DNA of 64,000 nt from Propionibacteriales bacterium (GTDB lineage Bacteria; Actinomycetota; Actinomycetes; Propionibacteriales; Nocardioidaceae): the NCBI GenBank assembly GCA_038198775.1, contig JBBPZV010000043.1, positions 54,405 through 118,404 of the forward strand, in the 5' to 3' direction. Shown here in pieces: positions 19,255 to 27,696 of this stretch (position 1 is its first letter; every line of letters begins with the position of its first letter). The position numbers and the translations under genes are program-made. The notes below the pieces were generated by a model. The model did no database searches. It was not told the DNA's origin and was given only the letters and a program-made list of their open reading frames with translations.

Positions 19255-20811
19255 ATGTCCGTGGAATCCGCCGCCGCCGGCGCTTCCCCTCCGCCCGCCG
19301 ACGAATCCCCGCAAGGCCAGCAGCACAACCTCGGCCTCGCGCTGATGCTGATCAGCGCGGCTCAGCTGATGGTGGTGCTCGACGCCACGGTGGTCAACAT
19401 CGCACTGCCCCACATCAAGGCAGAACTCGGCTTCAGTGCCTCTAACCTGACCTGGGTCGTCACCTCATACAGCATCGCCTTCGGCGGCCTGCTGCTGCTC
19501 GGTGGCCGGATGGGGGACATCCTCGGGCGCCGCAAGGTGTTCATGGCGGGTGTGCTGATCTTTGCGCTGGCCTCGCTTTTCGGCGGGCTCGCGCAGTCGG
19601 AGTGGCAGATCTTGTCCGCCCGGGCGCTGCAGGGGCTCGGAGCGGCCGCGGCCTCGCCCACGGCGCTGGCGCTTATCACGACCACCTTCCCGGCGGGACC
19701 TCCTCGTAACCGGGCCTTCGCCGTCTACGCCGCGATGTCTGGTGCCGGCGCGGCCGTCGGCCTTATCGTCGGCGGGGCGCTCACCGAGGCGTCCTGGCGT
19801 TGGACGATGCTCATCAACGTCCCGATCGGCGTGCTCGCCGCCGCCTTGGCACCGCGGTTGTTGAACGAGTCGGAGCCGCGGCCCGGAAGGTTCGACGTTG
19901 CCGGCGCCGTCACCGCCACCTTGGGCCTGGTCGGGATCGTGTACGGCTTCAACCACAAGGCGCAGACGATTCCGGGGACCACTCCGCCGCAGCCGTACGC
20001 CTGGACCGACTCTTGGACTGTGGGCCCCATCGTCGCCGGAGTCGTGCTGCTGACCTCCTTCTTCGTGATCGAGGCGCGCTCTCGCCACCCGCTGCTGCCG
20101 ATGAGGATCATCCGCGACCGCACCCGCGGCATCAGCTTCGTCTCGATGCTGCTGATCGGCACGGCGCTGTTCGCGATGTTCTTGTTCCTCTCGCTCTACA
20201 TCCAAGACGTGCTGGGCTACAGCCCGATCAGGGCCGGACTGGCGTTCTTGCCGTTCAGCTTCGCGATCGTGGCGTCGGCCCAGCTGGCGTCCGCGCTGGC
20301 CTCCCGGGTCGACCCACGCTGGATCGCCGGCGGTGGCGGTTCCCTCGCAGCCCTCGGGATGTGGGGCTTCAGCCGGCTCGAGTACGACTCGTCGTATTGG
20401 GTGCACCTGCTCCCGTGGATCTTGGTGATGGCGGCCGGCATGGGGTTGGTCTTCGTGCCGTTGACCCTCACCGCGCTCAGTCGCGTCGACGCGGCCGACT
20501 CCGGAGTCGGCTCCGCGGTGTTGAACACCGTCCAACAGATCGGCGGGGCGGTGGGGATCGCGCTGCTCGGCACCGTCTACGCCAACGGCATCAGCGACAA
20601 GTTCACCCAGCTGCGAGCTGCCGGGACCGGCGCGCCGCCGTCGCGCGAGCAGATGCAGACGAGCAGCCTGATCGCGCAGACCTACGGCTCCACCCAGGCC
20701 TTCACCGTCGCCATCCTCATCGTGGCCGCGTCAGCCGTTATCACACTGATACTGCTCGACATCAAGCACGAGCGGCTAGCCACCGACGGGGCGCCCGGCG
20801 CTCCTGGCTGA
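19255..20811 (+). CDS. MFS transporter, DHA2 (EmrB/QacA-like, 14-TMS type) drug:H+ antiporter
   Basis: ATG at 19255. The sequence LALMLISAAQLMVVLDATVVNIALPHI ... LLGGRMGDILGRRKVF is typical of DHA2, and the product is about 518 aa. The palindrome ends inside this gene at 19366. Confidence 0.85.
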   Translation: MSVESAAAGASPPPADESPQGQQHNLGLALMLISAAQLMVVLDATVVNIALPHIKAELGFSASNLTWVVTSYSIAFGGLLLLGGRMGDILGRRKVFMAGVLIFALASLFGGLAQSEWQILSARALQGLGAAAASPTALALITTTFPAGPPRNRAFAVYAAMSGAGAAVGLIVGGALTEASWRWTMLINVPIGVLAAALAPRLLNESEPRPGRFDVAGAVTATLGLVGIVYGFNHKAQTIPGTTPPQPYAWTDSWTVGPIVAGVVLLTSFFVIEARSRHPLLPMRIIRDRTRGISFVSMLLIGTALFAMFLFLSLYIQDVLGYSPIRAGLAFLPFSFAIVASAQLASALASRVDPRWIAGGGGSLAALGMWGFSRLEYDSSYWVHLLPWILVMAAGMGLVFVPLTLTALSRVDAADSGVGSAVLNTVQQIGGAVGIALLGTVYANGISDKFTQLRAAGTGAPPSREQMQTSSLIAQTYGSTQAFTVAILIVAASAVITLILLDIKHERLATDGAPGAPG

Positions 20812-21049
20812 ACGCCGTCCACATCGACCGGCGTACTCACCGGCGGAGCCGGCCGTTTGCCCCGCCCAGTCGGGGGTACGCCGGTGGCGCCAAGCCAGCC
20901 ACACCGTCGCGAGGAGCACCACCGTGAACAACCCGCTGCAGGGGCAGGACCAGGCGTTCAACCACCTCGACAACCGCTCGGCCTGACGCGCGTCCCGGCG
21001 CGTCAGGGCACCGCGCTCAAGGCATTGTGGGTGACCAGGGAGGTCAGGA

Positions 21050-21874
21050 GTGGCTGGTAGGACCGCGCGGCAGCAGGGCCGCAACGCCGGCCGGCAGGTG
21101 AAGAACAGCCGGGCCCTCGAGATCGGAGTCCGGGTCGGGCTGGTTTCTTATGGCCTCGTTCACCTGCTTATCGCCTGGATCGCGCTGCAGGTCGCCTGGA
21201 CCCACGAGAACCGCAAGGCCAACAGCTCGGGCGCCCTGCGCCAGCTCGCCAGCAATGCCCTCGGCGGCCTGCTGCTCTGGGTCGTCGCGTTCGGGCTGAT
21301 CGCGCTGGTGATCTGGCAGCTGAGCGAGGCGGCCTGGGGGCATACGGCCGAGGAGGGTGGCAAGCGCACCGCCAAACGTCTCGCTTCGGTCGGGCGCGCC
21401 GTCATCTACGGTGCGCTGGCGTACACCGCGTTCGGCATCGTGACCGGGTCCAAGAGCGGGTCGAGCACCGACTCCCTGACCGCGCAGGTGATGAAGCAGA
21501 CCGGCGGCCGGTTCCTTGTCGGTCTCATCGGCGTCGGCATCGTCGGGCTCGGGGTCGCGCTGGTCGTGCGAGGTGTCAAGGCGTCGTTCACCAACCATCT
21601 GCAGCCTGAGGCGACCTCCGGCCGCAGCGGCCACGTCATCGTCAGGCTCGGGCAGGCGGGGTACGCCGCCAAAGGCGTCTCGCTGGTCGTCGTGGGCGGG
21701 TTGTTCGGGTGGGCGGCCTGGACGTACGACCCGCACAAGGCCGGAGGGCTCGACGTCGCCTTGCAGACCCTGCTCGACCAGGCGTTCGGCGCGTGGCTGC
21801 TCACGCTCGTCGCGCTCGGGTTCGCAGCGTTCGCGGTGTACTGCTTCGCCTGGGCCCGCTATCCGCGGGAGTGA
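21050..21874 (+). CDS. DUF1206 domain membrane protein
   Basis: Repeated paired-TM modules (VRVGLVSYGLVHLLIAWIALQVA..., AVIYGALAYTAFGIV..., YAAKGVSLVVVGGLFGWAAW...). Confidence 0.6.
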   Translation: MAGRTARQQGRNAGRQVKNSRALEIGVRVGLVSYGLVHLLIAWIALQVAWTHENRKANSSGALRQLASNALGGLLLWVVAFGLIALVIWQLSEAAWGHTAEEGGKRTAKRLASVGRAVIYGALAYTAFGIVTGSKSGSSTDSLTAQVMKQTGGRFLVGLIGVGIVGLGVALVVRGVKASFTNHLQPEATSGRSGHVIVRLGQAGYAAKGVSLVVVGGLFGWAAWTYDPHKAGGLDVALQTLLDQAFGAWLLTLVALGFAAFAVYCFAWARYPRE

Positions 21875-24498
21875 GACTGGGCGTGCTCGAGCGCCTCGGC
21901 CGCCGACCAGCGGCGTCCGATCTCCTCCTCGACAGCCCACTCCTGCCGGCTCATGACATCGCGGGCGGGAGCCAGCATCCTGTCGAAGAAGGCAAGGTCG
22001 GGTTCGGGCAACGGGATGCCTGACTGCTTGCGGAGCGTCGCGGCGGCGCTGCTGAGCCGCGCGGCACGGTGTGGTTCGGCCATGGCCGCTGAGCATGCGG
22101 CGAACAGCTCGATGATGTTGACGGTCAGGTCGATGTCGCCCAGCGCCAGCGCTCGAGCCGCCATCGAGCACAGCAGCGCCTGCCCCTCCCCGGGCCGCCC
22201 GGCCACCAGCAGGGCACCCACCCGGTTGGTCTGGTCGGCAACAACGCCCCACTCGTCGCCGAGCTCGCGGTCGACGGCTTCGGCCTCGGTGAAGATCTCG
22301 ATGGCGCGGTCGGCTCGGCCGGCATCCACCTCGAGCACACCGAGGTTGGCCAGGGCCGTGGCCAACCGTCGCGGGTCCCCGACCGTCCGCGCCGTGGCGA
22401 TGCTCTCCTCGAACAGTTCTCGCGCTCGCGCCTCGTCCTGCAGCGCCCGGTACGCGACGCCGAGGCTGTTCAGCTCCATCGCGACCTTGTGCTGGTCACC
22501 GAGCCGGCGCCAGATCCTGAGGCACTTGGCGAGGATGTCGCGGCCGTCTTGGTTCTCACCCTGCTGCAGCAACAAGATCGCCAACGTGTGGAGCACCGAG
22601 GCAAGTTCGGGGCCTTGCTGGCCGGACGCGAGCGCGCTCGCACGCTGAGCCCAGCCACGGCCCTCGGCGACGTATCCCGAGGTGTACCAGAACCAGCTCA
22701 GCGCGGTGCAAAGGCGCAGGCCGGTCGACACCCGCTCGGCGTCGGTCTGCTCGGGGCCGGAGGTCGGCAACGTCCAGGCCAGCGCCTCGCGCAGGTTGGC
22801 GAGATCGGTTTCGATCGTCTCCCGGGCGGTCATCAACCGCGGCCCTCGCAGCTCCTCCGCGGCGGCCTCGGCACGGGCCAGGTAGTGACCGGCGTGGCGG
22901 CGCCGCAGCTGGTCGGTCTCCGAAGCGACTTCGAGCTGCTCCAGCGCGTAGCCGCGAATCGTCTCCAGCAGCCGTAGCCGCGGTGATCCCTGCGACCGCT
23001 CGTCGACGCGGACAAGGCTGGCGTCGACCAGCTCGGCCAACAGCTCGACCGGGTCCTGGACACCCGTCACCGCGGTGACCGCATCGAAGTCTGCACCCTC
23101 GGCAAGCACGCCGAGGGACCGGAACGCCGCCTGCAGCTGCGGCCGCAGCAGCTGGTAGCTCCAGGCCACCGTGGCTCGCACGGTCTGCTGGCGTTCGGGC
23201 AGCCGAGAACCCGCGACTGCGACTTCCATCACCGGATCGAGCCGCTCCAGCAGCGCCCGCGGGCCCAACAGCTTGCTCCGCGCCGCCGCCAGCTCCAACG
23301 CCAGCGGCAGCCCGTCCAGGCGGCGACACAGCGCGACGACGTCGGCGACGTTGCCAGTCTCCAGCTCGAAGTCCCGGCGCACCAAACGGGCCAGCGACAC
23401 GAACAACGCCACCGCCCCGGTCTGCTGCGCCCGCTCAACCGTGGCGCCGGCGGGGGGCAGCTCCAGGGTCTCGACCGCGTACTCCTGCTCTCCTCCCACG
23501 TGCAGCGGCCGGCGACTGGTCGCCAGCACGGCGACGTCGGGGCCGGCGGCCAGCAGGCCCGACACCACCTCCGCGCCGGCGTCCGGCAGTTGCTCGAGGT
23601 TGTCCAGGACCAGCAGCAGCCGGCGACCAGCCAGGTGGTCGAAGAACGTCGGCGGGGCCTTGCTCTCCCCGGTCAACCCCATGGCCTCGGCGATCGTCGT
23701 CCACATCACGTCGGGGTCCGTGACGGCGGCCAGCGAAACGAAGTAGACACCGTCGGGGAACTGCTCGGCGACCGCCGCGGCGACCGGCAGCGCCAGCCGG
23801 GTCTTGCCGGACCCGCCGGGTCCGGTCAGCGTGAGCAGCCGGGTATCGGGTGCACTCAGCAGTGCGGTCAGCTCGGCGACCTCGCGGTCGCGGCCGACCA
23901 GCGAGTGCGCGGGCCGGGGCAGGTTGGTCGCCGTGCCGAGGCTTCGCAGCGGGGGAAACCGCTGCGGCAGGCCGGGGGCCACCAGCTGGTGCAGGCGTTG
24001 AGCCTCCGCGATGTCCTTGAGCCGGTGCGCACCCAGCGGACGCAGCGAGACCGCTTCCGGCAGCTGCCCCGCCACCAGCCGCGCGGTCGAGTCCGACAGC
24101 ACGACCTGACCCCCGTGCGCGGTCGCCGCCACCCGGGCCGCCAGGTGCACGTCGAGGCCGACGTAGCCGTCCTCGTACGCCTCCGGCTCGCCGGTGTGCA
24201 GCCCCATCCTTACCCGGATCGCGGCCCCGGCCGGCCACGGGTGCTCGGCCAGTTCTCGCTGCGCCTGCGCGCAGGCGTTGACAGCGTCGCGGGCCGAGGA
24301 GAAGACCACGAAGAAGCTGTCGCCCTCGGTGCCGAGCTCATGGCCGTTCCAGCGGCCGTATGCCGACCGCTGCAGCCGCCGCTGCTCCCCGAGCACGGAG
24401 CCGTACTGCGCGGTCCCGAGCTGCCGCAGCAGCTGGGTCGACCCCTGCACATCGGCGAACAGCATCGTCACGGTGCCGGTCGGGACGGTGCCGCTCAC
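21859..24498 (-). CDS. Class III adenylate/guanylate cyclase domain fused to a STAND-type P-loop ATPase and C-terminal TPR repeats
   Basis: N-terminus TVTMLFADVQGSTQLL...GDSFFVVF...RVRMGLHTGE. Walker A LTGPGGSGKTRLA. The C-terminal third has TPR-like repeats (LNSLGVAYRALQDEARARELFEESI...). Confidence 0.8.
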   Translation of the reverse strand: MSGTVPTGTVTMLFADVQGSTQLLRQLGTAQYGSVLGEQRRLQRSAYGRWNGHELGTEGDSFFVVFSSARDAVNACAQAQRELAEHPWPAGAAIRVRMGLHTGEPEAYEDGYVGLDVHLAARVAATAHGGQVVLSDSTARLVAGQLPEAVSLRPLGAHRLKDIAEAQRLHQLVAPGLPQRFPPLRSLGTATNLPRPAHSLVGRDREVAELTALLSAPDTRLLTLTGPGGSGKTRLALPVAAAVAEQFPDGVYFVSLAAVTDPDVMWTTIAEAMGLTGESKAPPTFFDHLAGRRLLLVLDNLEQLPDAGAEVVSGLLAAGPDVAVLATSRRPLHVGGEQEYAVETLELPPAGATVERAQQTGAVALFVSLARLVRRDFELETGNVADVVALCRRLDGLPLALELAAARSKLLGPRALLERLDPVMEVAVAGSRLPERQQTVRATVAWSYQLLRPQLQAAFRSLGVLAEGADFDAVTAVTGVQDPVELLAELVDASLVRVDERSQGSPRLRLLETIRGYALEQLEVASETDQLRRRHAGHYLARAEAAAEELRGPRLMTARETIETDLANLREALAWTLPTSGPEQTDAERVSTGLRLCTALSWFWYTSGYVAEGRGWAQRASALASGQQGPELASVLHTLAILLLQQGENQDGRDILAKCLRIWRRLGDQHKVAMELNSLGVAYRALQDEARARELFEESIATARTVGDPRRLATALANLGVLEVDAGRADRAIEIFTEAEAVDRELGDEWGVVADQTNRVGALLVAGRPGEGQALLCSMAARALALGDIDLTVNIIELFAACSAAMAEPHRAARLSSAAATLRKQSGIPLPEPDLAFFDRMLAPARDVMSRQEWAVEEEIGRRWSAAEALEHAQSHSRG

Positions 24499-24550
24499 CC
24501 GCTCATTATCTGCCAGTCGAGCGGCCAGCGTACTTCGAAAGGCTGGGGGT

Positions 24551-24602
24551 CACTCCCCATGGGATGTGCACCGTTGGAAGCGCAGCTCAGCCATTGGAAG
24601 TG
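24551..24602 (+). repeat. Copy B of the three-box element
   Basis: CACTCCCCATGG gatgtgca CCGTTGGAAGCG cagctcag CCATTGGAAGTG. Intergenic, between the sulfatase stop (24644) and the cyclase start (24498). Confidence 0.85.
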
Positions 24603-24643
24603 CGGGGGAAGTGGCGCGCGGGTCGCCGGCACTCTGGGCCCGG

Positions 24644-26161
24644 CTAGGGACAGGGGTCGGCCGCAGTCGGTCCGACACCGGCACAGCCACGGGCGGCCTG
24701 CAACCGGGCGTGCAGCTGCCGGAGCCGGCCGGGCGGTGGGTCGTTGCCGGGATTGCCGTCGCCGAGCAGGTTGCGGTTTTGTCGCGGGTCCTGACGCAGG
24801 TCGTAGTACTCGGTGAAGACGTCACCGGAGGGAAGATCGTCTTCGATGTAGGCCCAGCTGTCGGGTTTCAGCAGCTGGAACCACTGAGGGATCCGGTCGG
24901 CGCCGTCCTTGGTGACGAACGACTCGCTGTACTGCACCCGGCGCCGGGACGAGACGAGCAGCGACGTTCCGTCCATGACATGGTTAGGAGTGGTCCCGGT
25001 CGCGTCCAGGATCGTGGGGGTGAGGTCCACGTTGGTAGCCAGCCGATGGTCGACGGCGGGTTGCAGGTGCCCCGGCCACGCCACGAACATCGGCACCTTG
25101 ACGCTCGGCAGGTAAGGCACGGTCTTTCCGATGCGGTTGTGCTGACCGGTGAGCACACCGTTGTCGCTCCAGAAGATGACGATGGTGTTGCGTTCGTCGT
25201 GGCGGCGCAGCCACTGCTCGGTCCTGGCGATCTCGTCGTCGAGGCTGATCAGGGCCCGTTCCGCGCTCTTGCAGAAGTGCCTGACGCGGTCGGGGTTCAG
25301 GTTGTGGTTGCGCAGGTACGGCAGCTTGTCGCCCATGAAGCGCTCCCCCGGCGCGACGCAGTCCGGCACCGGCGTGCCGCGGTACTTCGGCTCCGGCTCT
25401 GCCACGTTGCCGAACGCGGCGCTCTTGTGGGACACGTGCGGGGCCCAGTAGGCGTACCAGGGTCGTCGGTCCGCGGTCGACTCGAACTGGCGCAGGCAGC
25501 CGCGCAGTTGTTGCCCGGAGTACGTGGTGGAGTAGCGGTGCACCCGGCGTGTCACGCCGTCCACGTTGACCTTGTAGTCGAAGTAGTTGGTGCTGAGCCA
25601 GCTGCGGGCACAGTCGAAGTACGGCGGGCGGGCCGCGTTGGGGATGCCCTGCAGGTACTTGCCGACGATCGTGGTGAAGTAGCCGGCCCGCTGCAGGGCG
25701 TACTGCACGGTCGTGCGCGGATCGAGGTTTCCGCCGGTGGTCAGGTCGGTGACCCCGCTGTTGTGGGGATAGCGGCCGCTCATCGCGGTGGCCCGAGACG
25801 GGCAGCACAGCGGGTCGCTGACGATCGCCTCGGGAAAGCTGACGCCGCGGCGCATCAGCCGCGCGGTGTGCGGCATGTACTGCGCGAGGTCCTTCGGCTG
25901 GTCGACCGGCTGGTCGTCGGTGACCACCATCAACACGTTGGGCTTGCCGACCACCTGGGGGATCGCCGGCCGGTCCGACACGGTCTTGACCGGCGACGGT
26001 GTCGGGGCCTGCTCGCGGCGCGGGGCGGCGGCCGGGGAGCGGGGGGTTCCGGCGGCGGGCTGTGGGCCTGCCGTGCACCCGCTGGCGAGCACGAGCGCGA
26101 CCACCGCAATCGCAGCTCCCCACCATCGCGTGCACACGGAAGCGGACCTTACGGGACGCAC
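24644..26161 (-). CDS. Sulfatase (formylglycine-dependent arylsulfatase family), probable lipoprotein
   Basis: PNVLMVVTDDQ ... CCPSRATAMSGRYPHNSG (C-x-P-x-R). N-terminal lipobox-like ALVLASGC. Confidence 0.85.
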   Translation of the reverse strand: MRPVRSASVCTRWWGAAIAVVALVLASGCTAGPQPAAGTPRSPAAAPRREQAPTPSPVKTVSDRPAIPQVVGKPNVLMVVTDDQPVDQPKDLAQYMPHTARLMRRGVSFPEAIVSDPLCCPSRATAMSGRYPHNSGVTDLTTGGNLDPRTTVQYALQRAGYFTTIVGKYLQGIPNAARPPYFDCARSWLSTNYFDYKVNVDGVTRRVHRYSTTYSGQQLRGCLRQFESTADRRPWYAYWAPHVSHKSAAFGNVAEPEPKYRGTPVPDCVAPGERFMGDKLPYLRNHNLNPDRVRHFCKSAERALISLDDEIARTEQWLRRHDERNTIVIFWSDNGVLTGQHNRIGKTVPYLPSVKVPMFVAWPGHLQPAVDHRLATNVDLTPTILDATGTTPNHVMDGTSLLVSSRRRVQYSESFVTKDGADRIPQWFQLLKPDSWAYIEDDLPSGDVFTEYYDLRQDPRQNRNLLGDGNPGNDPPPGRLRQLHARLQAARGCAGVGPTAADPCP

Positions 26162-26190
26162 CGGCCCGCACAGCGCACTAACCTGATCCC

Positions 26191-27180
26191 ATGCGTGTCC
26201 AGAGCGCCGTCACCGCGGTCTCATGGATCCCGAGCGAGGCCGTGACCGGCATCGCCTTCAAGGTGCCGTTCCGCGTCGGAGTCGCCCACTACGACGAGCC
26301 GCCGCCGGCCCGGCTCGGCGACCTCGCGGAGCTCGTCGCCGCCGACCGGTGCCGGTTCGTGAACCGGTTGCAGGCCTGGATCGAGGTGGACGACGGCCGG
26401 ATCACCGCCCACGGACAGTCCGGCGGCGGCCAGATCGGAGCCACCACGATGAGGGTCGGGCGCTCGGCGATGACGTTCGCGGCCGTCTCGCTGCCGGATC
26501 GTCAGGACACCGAGCGGCGCGGCGACACCGAGGTCCGTTTCGTGCAGACCTCCGGCGGTCGTACCGGCGTCCCCGCCCCCCGGCGGGTCTCGCACCCGCC
26601 GTACGTGCAGCTGAGCGCGCCCGTCGCCTGGACGACGCTGTCGTTGACATTGCGAGCGAACGGCTCGTCGGCGGGACACCTGGAGGGGGCCAGCCCGTTC
26701 CCCCGGCACTGGGTCTACGACGCACAGGGCGAGTTGGTGTCCAAGTCGGCCGTGATCAGCTATGCGACGTGGAGCACCACCGCCTTCGGCCGCCGTACAC
26801 CGTGGGGTGAGGAGGACTCGCCCGCCATGGTCAGCGCCGTCGAGTCGGCGCTGGAGCGGGAGCTGTCCCGGCAGGTGATGGCGGGGGCCCGACCCCGGAT
26901 CCGCCGCCTGGCGGCCGGGGCGACGCTGACAGAGCAGGGCCAGCCGGGCGAGGAGCTGTACGTACTGCTCGACGGGGTGCTACGTGTCGAGGTCGACCAG
27001 GAGCCGGTCGCCGAGGTGGGTCCGGGCGCGGTGCTCGGCGAGCGGGCTCTGCTGGAGGGCGGCCGCCGCACCTCGACCCTGCGCGCGGTCACCAAGTGCG
27101 CGGTTGCGGTCGCCGGCCGCGAGGCGATCGACGTGGCCGCGCTGCGAACTCTCGCGGAGGGGCACCGCCGCGAGGAGTGA
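26191..27180 (+). CDS. Protein with a C-terminal cyclic-nucleotide-binding domain. The N-terminal ~220 aa are of unknown function.
   Basis: GEELYVLLDGVLRVEV...GPGAVLGERALLEGGRRTSTLRAV matches the cNMP-binding beta-barrel/phosphate-binding-cassette pattern. Confidence 0.65.
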   Translation: MRVQSAVTAVSWIPSEAVTGIAFKVPFRVGVAHYDEPPPARLGDLAELVAADRCRFVNRLQAWIEVDDGRITAHGQSGGGQIGATTMRVGRSAMTFAAVSLPDRQDTERRGDTEVRFVQTSGGRTGVPAPRRVSHPPYVQLSAPVAWTTLSLTLRANGSSAGHLEGASPFPRHWVYDAQGELVSKSAVISYATWSTTAFGRRTPWGEEDSPAMVSAVESALERELSRQVMAGARPRIRRLAAGATLTEQGQPGEELYVLLDGVLRVEVDQEPVAEVGPGAVLGERALLEGGRRTSTLRAVTKCAVAVAGREAIDVAALRTLAEGHRREE

Positions 27181-27192
27181 GAGGACGGCCTG

Positions 27193-27696
27193 TCAGCGGC
27201 GCGGCGGCAGCCGGTGCAGCTCGACGCTGTGCAGCATGGCGTTCTCGGCCACCGCGCTCAGGTAGGTGCAGTACGGCTGGCGCCGCCGGTCCGTCGGCGA
27301 CCCGGGATTGAGCAGGCGCAGCCCGGTGGCTGTGGTCGTGTCCCATGGGATGTGGCTGTGCCCGAACACCAGCAGGTCCACGTCCGGGTATGCCGCGGCA
27401 CAGCGGCGCTCGCGCCCGCGGGCGGGTCCGGTCTCGTGCACGACCGCGAGGCGCAGCCCGTCGACGTCGGCGCGGGCGACCTCGGGCAGCCTCGCCCGCA
27501 ACGCCGGTCCGTCGTTGTTGCCGAAGACCGCCACCAACCGAGACGACCGCTCCAGGAACTCATCGAGCAGGCACCCGTCCACCCAGTCGCCGGCGTGGAC
27601 GACCACGTCCGCCTCGCCCACCGCGTGCCACACCTGCGGCGGCAGCTCACGGGCCCGCTTGGGCACGTGGGTGTCGGCGAGCAGGAGCAGCCTCAT
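27193..27696 (-). CDS. YfcE/MJ0936 family metallophosphoesterase
   Basis: MRLLLLADTH...HAGD...VFGNND...VHE...FGHSH motif series. ATGA overlap with the upstream ORF. Confidence 0.8.
   Translation of the reverse strand: MRLLLLADTHVPKRARELPPQVWHAVGEADVVVHAGDWVDGCLLDEFLERSSRLVAVFGNNDGPALRARLPEVARADVDGLRLAVVHETGPARGRERRCAAAYPDVDLLVFGHSHIPWDTTTATGLRLLNPGSPTDRRRQPYCTYLSAVAENAMLHSVELHRLPPRR

Larger units (their letters stand above)
1..19366. repeat. Perfect inverted duplication with no spacer (palindrome). Arm 1..9683 is the reverse complement of 9684..19366, so coordinate x maps to 19367-x.
   Basis: All ORFs in the left arm have mirror ORFs of identical length and identical translation (e.g. 6439..8970+ / 10397..12928-, 135..749- / 18618..19232+), with coordinates summing to 19367. 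The centre reads GGGTTGC|AACCC. Bases 1-6 (gctgag) are the reverse complement of 19361-19366 (ctcagc). Confidence 0.97.

Noticed and set aside
1-19366. Reading the two arms as genuine paralogous gene sets, or as the terminal inverted repeats of a transposon or composite element.
   Set aside because: The arms are identical at every position I could check and meet with no spacer. There is no transposase, integrase or resolvase inside or next to them, and the content is housekeeping-type. Real paralogs or old inverted repeats would show some divergence and a central unique segment.
20812-21049. A possible small gene or RNA in the 238-nt gap after the MFS gene.
   Set aside because: No ORF with an RBS, no hairpin and no conserved motif could be read there. 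The only ORFs are shadow frames (20776..21084-, 20857..21060+).
24551-24602. The three-box element as a known signal. I considered a sigma-54 promoter, a ZTP/pfl or THF riboswitch (copy A precedes a folate gene), and CRP, LexA, IdeR, DosR, GlnR, PhoP and MtrA boxes.
   Set aside because: None of the consensus sequences I recall fits CCRTTGGAAGYR at 20-bp phasing. Actinobacteria lack sigma-54. Copies B and C are not next to folate or purine genes. It is kept as an unknown element rather than assigned.
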